Origin: Patescibacteria group bacterium
Lineage (GTDB): Bacteria; Patescibacteriota; Patescibacteriia; Patescibacteriales; UBA12465
NCBI GenBank assembly: GCA_041651095.1
Contig: JBAZJV010000004.1
Location: forward strand, 7,735 to 71,734
Length of the DNA: 64,000 nucleotides
Direction: 5' to 3'
Below the pieces are notes generated by a model. That model saw nothing but the letters and a program-made list of their open reading frames with translations, did not search any database and was not told where the DNA came from. Position numbers and translations under genes: made by a program. Positions within the stretch are counted from its first letter, which is position 1, and the number at the start of each line of letters is the position of its first letter. Shown piece by piece: positions 46,304 to 56,450 of this stretch.

Positions 46304-46810
46304 TTAACCGGCTTTCCGCTGGAACATCTTCCGCTTTTCCCCGGCCGCTTTCTTGCCAGCGGCTTTCGTTGCTTTGGGCGCGGCTTTGGCCATTACCTGT
46401 TCGCTTTCTTTGGCCAGTTTCTCCAGCTTGACCGGCTCGGCAACCTGGACGGCCTTCTTTTCTTTTTGGCCGCTGGCTTTGATTTCACCCAAGACCAGAG
46501 TCAAGTGGCAGCCGCGCTTGCGTATCGAAGTCGCCCGGCCGTGGGCGCGGGGCATCCAGCGCTTGAGAGTCACTCCTTCATCCGATCGGATTTCCTTGAT
46601 ATACAAATTGCCGCGTTCCAGGTTATAGGTATTTTCCGCGTTGGCCACAGCCGATTTTATCAGCTTGGCGACCGGTTGCGCCGCTAACTTGCCCATGAAG
46701 CGCAACTGGTCCAAGGCTGAGTCGACCGGCAGTTTGCGGACCACGTCGATAACCAGGCGCACTTTCTGCGACGACATCCTTAAATGTTTCAAACTGGCTT
46801 TTACTTCCAT
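46304..46810 (-). CDS. rplV: 50S ribosomal protein L22 (with ~55-aa K/A-rich C-terminal extension)
   Basis: conserved L22 core. Confidence 0.85.
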   Translation of the reverse strand: MEVKASLKHLRMSSQKVRLVIDVVRKLPVDSALDQLRFMGKLAAQPVAKLIKSAVANAENTYNLERGNLYIKEIRSDEGVTLKRWMPRAHGRATSIRKRGCHLTLVLGEIKASGQKEKKAVQVAEPVKLEKLAKESEQVMAKAAPKATKAAGKKAAGEKRKMFQRKAG

Positions 46811-46827
46811 ATGATCTTGCTTAAAAA

Positions 46828-47115
46828 TTATTTCTTATCGGCCGCCTGCGCTTTAGCCATCTTGCCACCATGGCCCGGGAACTTGCGGGTCGGCGCAAAT
46901 TCGCCCAAACGGTGCCCGACCATGTTCTCGACGATATAGACCGGCAGATGCGTCTTGCCGTTATGGACGCCCAGGGTACGGCCGACCATTTCCGGCGTTA
47001 CCGTACAGGCGCGATCCCAGACCTTGATGACCGATTTGTCGCCCGCCGGCAATTTCTGGATCTTGCTGATAAGCCGGAGGTTGACGTAAGGGCCCTTTTT
47101 TAAACTTCTGGACAT
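46828..47115 (-). CDS. rpsS: 30S ribosomal protein S19
   Basis: [11 protein letters not shown]...[11 protein letters not shown]. Confidence 0.9.
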   Translation of the reverse strand: MSRSLKKGPYVNLRLISKIQKLPAGDKSVIKVWDRACTVTPEMVGRTLGVHNGKTHLPVYIVENMVGHRLGEFAPTRKFPGHGGKMAKAQAADKK

Positions 47116-47119
47116 ATGA

Positions 47120-47956
47120 TTATTTCCTCTTAGTTCTGCGGTTAATTATTAAGCGGTCGCTGTGGCGTTTGCGTCTGGTCTTAACGCCGAGCGCCGGCTT
47201 GCCCCAGATGGTCTTCGGATGGCGCAAACCGATAGGCTGTTTGCCTTCGCCGCCGCCGTGCGGATGATCGACCGGATTCATGGCCGTGCCTCTGACCGTC
47301 GGCCGGATGCCTAAGTGGCGGCTGCGGCCAGCCTTGCCCAAGGAGACATGACGCCGGTCGGGATTGCTGGCCCGGCCGATAGTGCATAAGCATTCTTTCT
47401 TGACCTGGCGGATCTCGCCGGACGGCATCTTCAGCTGCGCATATTTACCTTCCACGCCCATGACATAGACTACGTTGCCGGCGCCGCGGGCGATCTTGGC
47501 GCCCTGGCCCGGTTCCAGCTCCACGCAGCTCACGGCCAAACCGGCCGGAATGAACTGCAGGGGTAAAGCATTCCCTTCCTTGATCTCAATAAGTTCCCGG
47601 GCGCTCATCACTTGGTCGCCGACTTTCAGATCGGCGGTCGCGATGATATATCTCTTTTCTCCGTCAGCGTAGTTCAACAAGGCCAGGCGGGCGCCGCGAT
47701 TCGGATCATATTCGATCGCCGCGACCGTCGCCGGAATATTGTATTTATCCCGCTGGAAATCGACCAGGCGGACATAGCGCTTGGCGCCGCCGCCGCGATG
47801 CCGGACCGTTATCTGGCCGCTGGCGTTGCGGCCGCCGCGCTTCTTCTTGATAACGACCAGACGCTTCTCCGGCGTGAACTTGGTCAAGTCGGAAAAAGTG
47901 TCGAAAGTCGCTTCGCGCCGGCCGGGAGTATTCGCTTTTACTTTTTTAATGCCCAT
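47120..47956 (-). CDS. rplB: 50S ribosomal protein L2
   Basis: conserved L2 incl. [13 protein letters not shown]. Confidence 0.9.
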   Translation of the reverse strand: MGIKKVKANTPGRREATFDTFSDLTKFTPEKRLVVIKKKRGGRNASGQITVRHRGGGAKRYVRLVDFQRDKYNIPATVAAIEYDPNRGARLALLNYADGEKRYIIATADLKVGDQVMSARELIEIKEGNALPLQFIPAGLAVSCVELEPGQGAKIARGAGNVVYVMGVEGKYAQLKMPSGEIRQVKKECLCTIGRASNPDRRHVSLGKAGRSRHLGIRPTVRGTAMNPVDHPHGGGEGKQPIGLRHPKTIWGKPALGVKTRRKRHSDRLIINRRTKRK

Positions 47957-47978
47957 ATGATGCCTTGAAATGTATTAA

Positions 47979-48434
47979 TTAAACGCCTTCGTAAACCTTG
48001 ATCGTCTCGCCCTTGGCCAGGGTCACTACCGCGACCTTGCTGTCGCTCCGGGAACCCTGGATGCGGCCGCGCGTTACCTGCTTGCCGCGGCGATTGATAA
48101 TATTGACGCTCGTCGGCTTGACGCCGTAAAGGGCGCGGACGGCGGCGGCGATACTGATCTTGTTAGCGCCGGAAGCGACTAGGAAGGAATACTTATTATG
48201 CTCGACCTGATTAGTCGCCTTTTCCGTAATCACGGGCTGGCGCAGGACGGTCTGGAGGGACGGCTGGAACGCCGCCGGAGATTTTTGGCCGCTCTGAGCC
48301 GGGACGGACTCGCTATACAAGTCCTGCATACTGGCCGCGGCCGGCTTGGCCTTTTCCGGCTTAACGGCAGGCTTAGCAGTCGCCGTCTTAGCTTTCGCCG
48401 GCTGATCGGTTTTTTTGGAGCCGAATAAAGACAT
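47979..48434 (-). CDS. rplW: 50S ribosomal protein L23 (with ~60-aa low-complexity N-terminal extension)
   Basis: VITEKATNQVEHNKYSFLV core. Confidence 0.8.
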   Translation of the reverse strand: MSLFGSKKTDQPAKAKTATAKPAVKPEKAKPAAASMQDLYSESVPAQSGQKSPAAFQPSLQTVLRQPVITEKATNQVEHNKYSFLVASGANKISIAAAVRALYGVKPTSVNIINRRGKQVTRGRIQGSRSDSKVAVVTLAKGETIKVYEGV

Positions 48435-48445
48435 ATATCTGGTGA

Positions 48446-49090
48446 TTATTTATTATAGCGATCAGTGAGCAGGTTAACGCCCGCTTCCGTCAGCAATAGA
48501 TTTTTATAATTTAAAATATCCAGCAGGTTCAGGTTCTCCAGGTTGATGACCTTGACGCCAGACAGGTTGCGGCCGGAATAACGGACCGCCTCGTTCTTGC
48601 CGGTATTGACGATCAGGATATCGCGGCGCTCGCTATTCAAAACTTTCTTTTCTAAAGCGCTCAGGATCTGATTAAAAGCCTTAGTCTTGTACTCGGATAA
48701 CTGCAGTTGGTCCAGGACCAGCAAAGCGCTGGACGCCACTTTGTCGGACAAAGCCATAAACAGCGCTTTCTGCTTCATCTTCTGATTCAGTTTCTGCTTG
48801 AAATTGCGGTCTTTGGTCGGGCCGAAAGTGACGCCGCCGCCCCGCCAGAGCGGCGAACGGCTGGAACCGGCGCGAGCGCGGCCCGTGCCTTTCTGCTTCC
48901 AGGGCTTCTTGCCGCCGCCGGAAACTTCGCTCCTGTCCTTGGTATGAGCCAAGACCTGCCGGCTATTGGCCTGGCTGGCTACGACGGCCTGATGCAATAA
49001 TTCATTATTCGGCTTGACGCCAAAAATCTTGACGGGCAGTTCCAGGTCTTTGACCGGTTCGGCGCTTTGATTATAGACTTTTATTTTCAT
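48446..49090 (-). CDS. rplD: 50S ribosomal protein L4
   Basis: conserved L4. Confidence 0.85.
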   Translation of the reverse strand: MKIKVYNQSAEPVKDLELPVKIFGVKPNNELLHQAVVASQANSRQVLAHTKDRSEVSGGGKKPWKQKGTGRARAGSSRSPLWRGGGVTFGPTKDRNFKQKLNQKMKQKALFMALSDKVASSALLVLDQLQLSEYKTKAFNQILSALEKKVLNSERRDILIVNTGKNEAVRYSGRNLSGVKVINLENLNLLDILNYKNLLLTEAGVNLLTDRYNK

Positions 49091-49116
49091 ATATTTGAGA
49101 ACGGTGATATCGCGAT

Positions 49117-49893
49117 TTAATTCTTGGCGTCTTCGGCCTTGGTTTCGGCCGCTGGTTGAGCGGTCTGGGGCGCAACTTCGGCAGCCGGCGTTTCCAATTC
49201 CGGCTTAACCTCCGCTGCCGGGGCTTCCTTGGCTTCGGCGGCTTGAGCCGCTACCGGCTGAGTATTGACGACCAGATCGCCCGCTCCCTTGACCATGACA
49301 AAACCGTTAATCGCGCCCGGAATAGCGCCGGCGATAAAGAGCAGATTCTTTTCCGCATCAATCGCGGCGATCTTCAGATTGGCAACCGTCACCCGGGAAT
49401 TGCCCATGCGGCCGGCCATGCGCGTTCCTTTGAAGACGTGCGCCGGGCCTTTGGGGCCGATGGAGCCGGACATGCGTTCCTGATCTTTATTGCCGTGCGT
49501 CGCCCGGAAACCGCCGAAATTATGACGCTTGACTACGCCCTGGAAACCGCGGCCCTTGGAGGTGCCGGTCACCGCGACGACATCGCCGACCTGGAAAGTC
49601 GCGACCGAAACCTGGTCGCCGACCTTGAATTTAGACGCTTCCGGCGTCAGGAATTCCCGGACATAGGCCGCGGCCTTGAGGCCGGCTTTCTGATAATGGC
49701 CCTGTTGGGGCTTTTTGACGTTCTTGGCTTTCCGTTCGCCATAAGCCAGCTGGACCGCTTCATAACCGTCCTTAGCCTTATCCTTGACCTGAGTGATCAT
49801 GCAAGGGCCGGCTAATACCGGCGTCACGGCGACCACCCGGTCGCCGGACCAGATCTGAGTCATGCTTAATTTTTTGCCGCTGATGAATTTCAT
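49117..49893 (-). CDS. rplC: 50S ribosomal protein L3 (start set at MKFISGKKLSMTQIW; A/E/P-rich C-terminal tail)
   Basis: L3 N-terminus preceded by SD AAAGGA. Confidence 0.9.
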   Translation of the reverse strand: MKFISGKKLSMTQIWSGDRVVAVTPVLAGPCMITQVKDKAKDGYEAVQLAYGERKAKNVKKPQQGHYQKAGLKAAAYVREFLTPEASKFKVGDQVSVATFQVGDVVAVTGTSKGRGFQGVVKRHNFGGFRATHGNKDQERMSGSIGPKGPAHVFKGTRMAGRMGNSRVTVANLKIAAIDAEKNLLFIAGAIPGAINGFVMVKGAGDLVVNTQPVAAQAAEAKEAPAAEVKPELETPAAEVAPQTAQPAAETKAEDAKN

Positions 49894-49904
49894 ATGATGT
49901 TCCT

Positions 49905-49936
49905 TTATAAAACAAAAACTGGCTTCTTGTAACCAG
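49905..49936 (-). terminator. terminator/attenuator-like hairpin + T-tract inside S10 operon, in the 160-nt rpsJ-rplC spacer
   Basis: minus strand CTGGTTACAAGAAGCCAG (6-bp stem with one T.G wobble) followed by TTTTTGTTTTAT. Confidence 0.3.
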
Positions 49937-50099
49937 CTCAAAAAAACTAAGAATAAAAAATAAATCTTACCTATTTTTTATTTGTTTTTCCGCCTGCTGA
50001 TTTACCTCCAATATTTAGCTGATTTTCGCTCAAACACTTTCTTTTGGCTCAGAGTTATTCAAGCGGCGAGCAGCTAATTTAAATTACCTGATAATGTTA

Positions 50100-50435
50100 C
50101 TACATTTTTATCTCTACGTCAACCCCGGCCGGTAAGACCAAATTCGTCAAATCTTCGATGGTTTTTTGGGTCGGATCAATGATGTCGATCATCCGCTTAT
50201 GGGTGCGCATCTCATACTGGTCACGGGCATCCTTATGCACGAAAGTCGAACGGTTAACCGTGTACTTGCGTTTTTCCGTGGGCAGCGGGATCGGACCGAA
50301 AAATTGCGCATCGCTGCGCTCGATGGTCTCGATAATGGTCTTGGTGGACTGATCGATGATCTTATGGTCAAAAGCCCGGATCTTGATCCTGATTCTCTGC
50401 TTGAAGTCTTTTTCTTCTTTTTTGGTTTCCGACAT
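50100..50435 (-). CDS. rpsJ: 30S ribosomal protein S10
   Basis: [17 protein letters not shown]. Confidence 0.9.
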   Translation of the reverse strand: MSETKKEEKDFKQRIRIKIRAFDHKIIDQSTKTIIETIERSDAQFFGPIPLPTEKRKYTVNRSTFVHKDARDQYEMRTHKRMIDIIDPTQKTIEDLTNLVLPAGVDVEIKM

Positions 50436-50454
50436 AATGAACTGGTTATTTTTC

Positions 50455-50490
50455 TATGAATTATTTTTTAATTATGAATTATTTTTTAAT
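50455..50490. repeat. perfect 18-bp tandem direct repeat x2 (TATGAATTATTTTTTAAT) 20-55 nt upstream of rpsJ start
   Basis: copies 50455-50472 and 50473-50490 identical. Confidence 0.7.
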
Positions 50491-50507
50491 CCTAAATAAT
50501 CACTACA

Positions 50508-50533
50508 AACCCGCCCTTCGCGGGAAGAGCGGG
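50508..50533 (-). terminator. tuf terminator (GC hairpin CCCGC-GAAGG-GCGGG + TTTGT)
   Basis: minus strand hairpin just after tuf stop. Confidence 0.4.
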
Positions 50534-50542
50534 TCTAAGTGC

Positions 50543-51733
50543 TTACTTGATGATCTTGGTCACCGCGCCCGCGCCGACGGTCCGGCCGCCTTCACGGATG
50601 GTGAACTTCTGCTTGTCTTCCAAAGCGATAGGAGCAATCAGCTTGATCGTCAAATTGACGGTATCGCCTGGCATGACCATTTCCGTGCCGGCCGGCAAAG
50701 TGATGTCGCCGGTCACGTCGGTGGTCTTGAAATAGAATTGCGGCTTATAGCCGTTGAAGAACGGCTTGTGGCGGCCGCCTTCGTCCTTGCTTAGGACATA
50801 GACTTCAGCCGAGAATTCGGTGTGCGGAGTGACGGAGCCCGGTTTGCACAGGATCTGGCCGCGTTCGACCTCATTCTTCTTGGTGCCGCGGAGCAAAATG
50901 CCGGCGTTATCGCCCGCTTGCCCCTGGTCCAGAGACTTATTGAACATTTCGATGCCGGTTACGGTGGTTTTCTTGGTATCCATCAGGCCGACAATTTCTA
51001 CTTCGTCGCCGACTTTAACCATGCCTCTTTCAATACGGCCGGTCACGACAGTGCCGCGGCCTTCAATAGAGAAGATATCTTCAATCGGCATCAAATACGG
51101 CTTGTCCACGTCGCGAACCGGTTCCGGAATATAGGTATCCAGGGTTTCCATCAGCTTCATGATCGGCTCGGCATCCGGACCGCTCGGGTTTTCCAAAGCT
51201 TTCAAAGCGGAACCGCGGATGATCGGGGTGGTCTCGCCCGGGAATTCATATTTCTTCAGCAGGTCGCGGACTTCCTCTTCGACCAGATCGATGAGCTCCT
51301 TATCCTCGACCATATCGCATTTGTTCAAGAAAACGACGATATACGGCACGCCGACCTGGCGGGCCAAGAGGATGTGCTCTCTGGTCTGCGGCATCGGGCC
51401 GTCGGTCGCGGCGACCACCAGAATCGCGCCGTCCATCTGAGCGGCGCCAGTGATCATGTTCTTGACATAATCGGCGTGGCCCGGACAATCAACGTGCGCG
51501 TAGTGGCGCTTGTCGGATTCATATTCGACGTGCGCGGTCGCGATGGTGATGCCTCTCGCCTTCTCTTCCGGCGCGGCATCGATTTCATTGACCCCCTTGT
51601 GAGACGCTTTCATGCCTTTGGCGGCGAAAACGGCTAACATCGCGGCGGTCAAAGTGGTTTTCCCATGGTCGACGTGGCCGATAGTACCGACGTTGACATG
51701 GGGCTTAGTGCGTTCGAATTTTTCTGCTGCCAT
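50543..51733 (-). CDS. tuf: elongation factor Tu
   Basis: [22 protein letters not shown], full-length EF-Tu. Confidence 0.95.
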   Translation of the reverse strand: MAAEKFERTKPHVNVGTIGHVDHGKTTLTAAMLAVFAAKGMKASHKGVNEIDAAPEEKARGITIATAHVEYESDKRHYAHVDCPGHADYVKNMITGAAQMDGAILVVAATDGPMPQTREHILLARQVGVPYIVVFLNKCDMVEDKELIDLVEEEVRDLLKKYEFPGETTPIIRGSALKALENPSGPDAEPIMKLMETLDTYIPEPVRDVDKPYLMPIEDIFSIEGRGTVVTGRIERGMVKVGDEVEIVGLMDTKKTTVTGIEMFNKSLDQGQAGDNAGILLRGTKKNEVERGQILCKPGSVTPHTEFSAEVYVLSKDEGGRHKPFFNGYKPQFYFKTTDVTGDITLPAGTEMVMPGDTVNLTIKLIAPIALEDKQKFTIREGGRTVGAGAVTKIIK

Positions 51734-51834
51734 GTTTTTGTTGTAAGGCCCCCGTAAACGGGGTTTCTTTCCTGAGAGGAGTCTAAAACGACCCTTAGGA
51801 AACCAGCCGAACTTAAATTAATTAATTATTAAAA

Positions 51835-52218
51835 TTATGCTATTTCTTGCGCCTTGTCTTTAACCTGGGGCGGAATTTGCCAACCGTTTTTTGGCTTATT
51901 TTCCTCGCCCAAGAAAGACGAAACATCCCGATTTTTCCACATCGAGATCTCGCGATTTATCTTATCAGTTAAATCTTCTTCTGTCAAATTATCAGATTTG
52001 GCTGAAATTGGGGATAATTCCGCTGATGCCATGTCCTTCGCGGACGTAGCTGCCGGCTGGGCAGGAGCAACCGGATCATGGCCGGACTGCTTAGCCGCGT
52101 AGCTGGCAAAATCCATGATGACATAGGAATCATCCGGTTCTTGGCTGTCAAAAATAATGACCCGGTCGCCTGTCCGCTTGATGAGATCCAAGATTTTTTT
52201 CAACTGTTCGGGAAACAT
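51835..52218 (-). CDS. hypothetical acidic protein (127 aa) inserted between fusA and tuf
   Basis: ORF starts 4 nt after fusA stop; no known domain. Confidence 0.4.
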   Translation of the reverse strand: MFPEQLKKILDLIKRTGDRVIIFDSQEPDDSYVIMDFASYAAKQSGHDPVAPAQPAATSAKDMASAELSPISAKSDNLTEEDLTDKINREISMWKNRDVSSFLGEENKPKNGWQIPPQVKDKAQEIA

Positions 52219-52222
52219 ATCA

Positions 52223-54301
52223 TTATTTACCTTGCTTTTCCTTAATCGTTTCTAAGATATTCTTCGGCACTTCGGCATAATGGGAAAATTCCATGACGTA
52301 ATTGGCCCGACCCTGGCTCATGGAGCGCAACGAAGTGGCGTAGCCGAACATTTCGGCGAGCGGTACCTTGGCTTTCACCACCTTGATGTTGGACCGGTCG
52401 CTCATCTCTTCTATTTGGCCGCGCTTACTGCTTAAGTCGCCGATGATATTACCCATATAGTCTTCCGGGGTGGTCACTTCCACTTTCATGATCGGTTCCA
52501 AAAGGATCGGGCTGGCTTTCTGGCAAGCTTCCTTGAAAGCAAAAATAGCGGCCATCTTGAAGGCGATTTCCGAAGAGTCGACTTCGTGATAGGAGCCGTA
52601 GAAAACCGCGGCTTTGACATCGACCATGGGGTAGCCGGCCACCGTGCCGCTCAGCATGGCTTCCCGGACGCCTTTTTCAATCGCCGGAATATATTCGCGC
52701 GGAATGATGCCGCCTTTGATCTCGTCAGCGAACTCGAAGCCCTTGCCCTGCTCTTGCGGCTCGACGCGCAAGGAACAATGCCCGTATTGGCCGCGGCCGC
52801 CGGACTGCTTGACGTATTTATGCTCCGCTTCCGCGGTCTTGGTGATAGTTTCGCGATAAGAGACTTGTGGATTGCCGACATTGGCTTCCACGCCGAACTC
52901 CCGCCGCATGCGATCAACAATGATGTCCAGATGCAGCTCGCCCATGCCGGAAATCAGCACCTGGCCGGATTCCTCGTCGGATTCCACCCGGAAAGTCGGA
53001 TCTTCTTCCGCCAGACGCTGCAGGGCCACGCCCATCTTTTCCTGGTCGGCCTTGGTCTTCGGCTCGACGGCGATCTTAATGACCGGTTCCGGGAAAATGA
53101 TCGATTCCAGTAAAACCGGATTGTTCTCTTCGCAGAGCGTATTGCCGGTCGTGGTATTCTTCAGACCGATAACCGCGGCGATGTCGCCGGCATAGACTTC
53201 CTTGACTTCCTCGCGATGGTTGGCGTGCATGCGCACGATACGGCCGATCCGTTCCTTGCTGTCCTTGGAAGAGTTGATGATATAAGAGCCGGCGGTGAGC
53301 ACGCCCTGATACACCCGGACGAAACATAATTTTCCGACAAAAGGATCGGTCGCGATTTTGAAGGCCAGGCCCACGAAGGGCTTGCTGTCATCGGCCTTAA
53401 CTACCACCTTTTTCTCGGTGTCGCGGACATCGGTCGCTTCTACGTCCGGCAAATCCAGCGGCGACGGCAGATAGTCGTTGACCGCATCTAAGACCAGCTG
53501 GACGCCGATATTCTGCAAAGCGGTACCGCAGAACACCGGGTACAGCGCGTTAGCGATCACTCCCTTGCGGATGGCGGCTTTGAGCTCTTCCAGGCCGATT
53601 TCCTGTCCGCCCAAATATTTTTCCATGGTCTTCTCATCGCATTCTACGGCTTTTTCCACTAATTCGTTATGATATTGGTCAACCTTCGCCTGCAAGTCGG
53701 CCGGCACCGGAATCTCTTCGATATTGACGCCGTTATTGCCGGTGAATTGATAAGCCTTCTTGGTTAGAAGGTCGATGACGCCTTTCAAATCGCTTTCCGC
53801 GCCTATAGGCAGCTGCATGGCCACGGCTTTCGGATTGAGGCGGGTGCGGATGGAATTCAAGCTCATGTAAAAATCGGCGCCCATCTTATCCATCTTGTTG
53901 ACGAAGCACAGGCGTGGCACTTGATATTTGTCCGCCTGACGCCAAACGGTTTCCGATTGCGGCTCGACACCGGCCTGGCCGTCGAATACGGCGACCGCGC
54001 CATCCAACACGCGCAACGAGCGTTCGACTTCAACGGTGAAATCAACGTGGCCGGGAGTATCGATGATATTGATCTTGTTATGCTTCCAAAAACAAGTGGT
54101 AGCGGCAGAGGTGATGGTAATGCCCCGCTCCTTCTCCTGCTCCATCCAGTCCATCTCGGCCGCGCCTTCGTGCACTTCGCCGATCTTATGCTTCTTGCCG
54201 GTATAAAAAAGAACCCGCTCGGTAAAAGTGGTCTTACCGGCATCGATGTGGGCCATGATCCCGATGTTCCTGATGTTTTCTAGCGCGTAATCTCGAGCCA
54301 T
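52223..54301 (-). CDS. fusA: elongation factor G
   Basis: AHIDAGKTT, full-length EF-G. Confidence 0.95.
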   Translation of the reverse strand: MARDYALENIRNIGIMAHIDAGKTTFTERVLFYTGKKHKIGEVHEGAAEMDWMEQEKERGITITSAATTCFWKHNKINIIDTPGHVDFTVEVERSLRVLDGAVAVFDGQAGVEPQSETVWRQADKYQVPRLCFVNKMDKMGADFYMSLNSIRTRLNPKAVAMQLPIGAESDLKGVIDLLTKKAYQFTGNNGVNIEEIPVPADLQAKVDQYHNELVEKAVECDEKTMEKYLGGQEIGLEELKAAIRKGVIANALYPVFCGTALQNIGVQLVLDAVNDYLPSPLDLPDVEATDVRDTEKKVVVKADDSKPFVGLAFKIATDPFVGKLCFVRVYQGVLTAGSYIINSSKDSKERIGRIVRMHANHREEVKEVYAGDIAAVIGLKNTTTGNTLCEENNPVLLESIIFPEPVIKIAVEPKTKADQEKMGVALQRLAEEDPTFRVESDEESGQVLISGMGELHLDIIVDRMRREFGVEANVGNPQVSYRETITKTAEAEHKYVKQSGGRGQYGHCSLRVEPQEQGKGFEFADEIKGGIIPREYIPAIEKGVREAMLSGTVAGYPMVDVKAAVFYGSYHEVDSSEIAFKMAAIFAFKEACQKASPILLEPIMKVEVTTPEDYMGNIIGDLSSKRGQIEEMSDRSNIKVVKAKVPLAEMFGYATSLRSMSQGRANYVMEFSHYAEVPKNILETIKEKQGK

Positions 54302-54339
54302 AAATTGATGATATGATAATAGCTTAAAAATTATCCGGT

Positions 54340-54807
<468 letters not shown>

Positions 54808-54824
54808 AAATATTTAGAGTTAAT

Positions 54825-55244
54825 TTATTTTTTCGGTTTCTTGGCGCCGTAGCGGCTGCGGCCCTGGCGACGAGCCTCCACGCCGGCGGCATCAAAAACG
54901 CCGCGCACCACCTTATAGCGGACGCCCGGCAGATCCTTGGTCTTGCCGCCCTTGACCAGCACGATAGAGTGTTCCTGCAGATTATGCCCCATGCCCGGGA
55001 TATAGGCGGTCACTTCCATGCCGTTACTCAAACGGACGCGAGCGATCTTGCGCAGAGCGGAATTCGGTTTCTTGGGGGTAGTCGTGGTCACCTTCAAGCA
55101 GACCCCTTGTTTAAAGGGCGCCCCCTGGGCCGTATCTTTTTTCTTGCGGTGCAGCGAATCCAAGCTAGTATGCAAAGCCAAGGCATTGCGCCGCTTGCCG
55201 ATTGACTTCCGACCTCTTTTCACTAATTGATTAATTGTTGGCAT
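54825..55244 (-). CDS. rpsL: 30S ribosomal protein S12 (15-aa insertion in N-terminal extension)
   Basis: PTINQLV...[13 protein letters not shown]...GHNLQEHS...KDLPGVRY. Confidence 0.9.
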   Translation of the reverse strand: MPTINQLVKRGRKSIGKRRNALALHTSLDSLHRKKKDTAQGAPFKQGVCLKVTTTTPKKPNSALRKIARVRLSNGMEVTAYIPGMGHNLQEHSIVLVKGGKTKDLPGVRYKVVRGVFDAAGVEARRQGRSRYGAKKPKK

Positions 55245-55413
55245 ATCAAGAATCTTGTCTGCTCTTGCTGGGAGGCGCCGATAAACCGGGCCTCGCTCGC
55301 TCAGTTGACAATAATATTATAAAAATCCTGATTATTCAGGATAGGTTTAAGCTACTGAAATTTTTACTAATTCAATTTAACAAAATCTAAAATATAAGTC
55401 AAGAACGGACAAA

Positions 55414-56025
55414 TCAGGCGCCGACAATAATTTTAAACAAAAAATCAACTGCCGGGATGATCAATCCACCAGCTAACATCACGAGCAAAATGATCAGGAC
55501 AAAGCCAAAACGGTCTACGGCCAGATAGCGCGCCCGTAGGTGCTCGGGCAAGAAAACCGCCAGGATCTTGGAGCCATCAAGAGGCGGGAGCGGCACCAAG
55601 TTAAAAACAGCTAATATTAAATTAATATAAATAATTACCGCCAGCAGGCCGGCGAAAGTCAGATTAAATATGGGAAAAAATCTTAAAAATAAACCAAAAA
55701 ATACTGCAATAATCAGATTAGTCAAAGGGCCGGCGACAGCCACTTTGGCATCGCCATATTTACGATCTCGCAAATTATAGGGGTTATAAGGCACGGGCTT
55801 GGCCCAACCGAAAACAAAGGGCATCTGGGTTAAAACCATAAACAAGGGTAAAAAGAAAGAACCGAACCACTCCAGATGAGCCAGCGGATTCAAAGTCAGG
55901 CGGCCGGCATCCTTGGCCGTGGAGTCGCCCAAATGAAAAGCCGCCCAGCCGTGCATGTATTCATGAGCCACGGCCGAAAAAATCAAGACAATGATCTGGA
56001 AAGTGACGCTTAATTCTTGAGACAT
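55414..56025 (-). CDS. site-2-protease-family (M50B) membrane metalloprotease
   Basis: HEYMHGWAA (HExxH) and GRLTLNPLAH motif. Confidence 0.6.
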   Translation of the reverse strand: MSQELSVTFQIIVLIFSAVAHEYMHGWAAFHLGDSTAKDAGRLTLNPLAHLEWFGSFFLPLFMVLTQMPFVFGWAKPVPYNPYNLRDRKYGDAKVAVAGPLTNLIIAVFFGLFLRFFPIFNLTFAGLLAVIIYINLILAVFNLVPLPPLDGSKILAVFLPEHLRARYLAVDRFGFVLIILLVMLAGGLIIPAVDFLFKIIVGA

Positions 56026-56138
56026 ATACCAGAATTATACCATAGCTTGATTAATTTTAAAAATGCTGTTAAGATAAAACCGTTAATTTGACCATTATTC
56101 CCGCGAGCCGCGGGAATCTAATTTTAAAGACCAATAAT

Positions 56139-56390
56139 ATGGCGAAAAAATGCGATCTCTGCGGACGAAGCGCGACCAAAGGAGCCAGCCGTTCCCATTC
56201 CAAGATCAAAACCCTAAAAAGGCAGCATATCAACTTGCAGACCAAGGTCATAGACGGACAGAAAGTTAAACTCTGCACTTCCTGCCTGCGGACCATTGAT
56301 AAGCCGAAACGAGTCAAGGCCAAACGGAAACCGGCGCTTAAGTCTGGTGAAAAGAAAGCAGCCAAGAAGAAAGTGGCCAAGAAGAAATAA
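56139..56390 (+). CDS. rpmB: 50S ribosomal protein L28 (zinc-ribbon form)
   Basis: MAKKCDLCGRSATKGASRSHS...CTSC; start at internal Met of the track ORF. Confidence 0.75.
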   Translation: MAKKCDLCGRSATKGASRSHSKIKTLKRQHINLQTKVIDGQKVKLCTSCLRTIDKPKRVKAKRKPALKSGEKKAAKKKVAKKK

Positions 56391-56417
56391 GAAGATACTG
56401 ATAGCGAACTATAAAAA

Positions 56418-56450
56418 ATCACCTCTCAAACAGCGGTGATTTTTTTTAGA
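56418..56450. terminator. bidirectional terminator between rpmB and comEC (AAATCACC...GGTGATTT + T8)
   Basis: 8-bp stem with flanking A/T runs. Confidence 0.5.

Noticed and set aside
50455-50490. CRISPR array
   Set aside because: Only two copies of an 18-bp unit with no spacers. No other regularly spaced repeats and no cas genes were seen anywhere in the window.
55300-55330. Plus-strand TTGACA followed by TATAAA as a promoter
   Set aside because: The spacer is only ~9 nt, and no plus-strand gene lies downstream. The likely rpsL promoter, if any, is the minus-strand TTGACT-N16/17-TTAAAT near 55360-55392, and that one is itself weak.
56069-56422. 117-aa minus-strand ORF overlapping rpmB
   Set aside because: The plus-strand frame encodes an unmistakable zinc-ribbon L28. 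The minus ORF is an antisense artifact.
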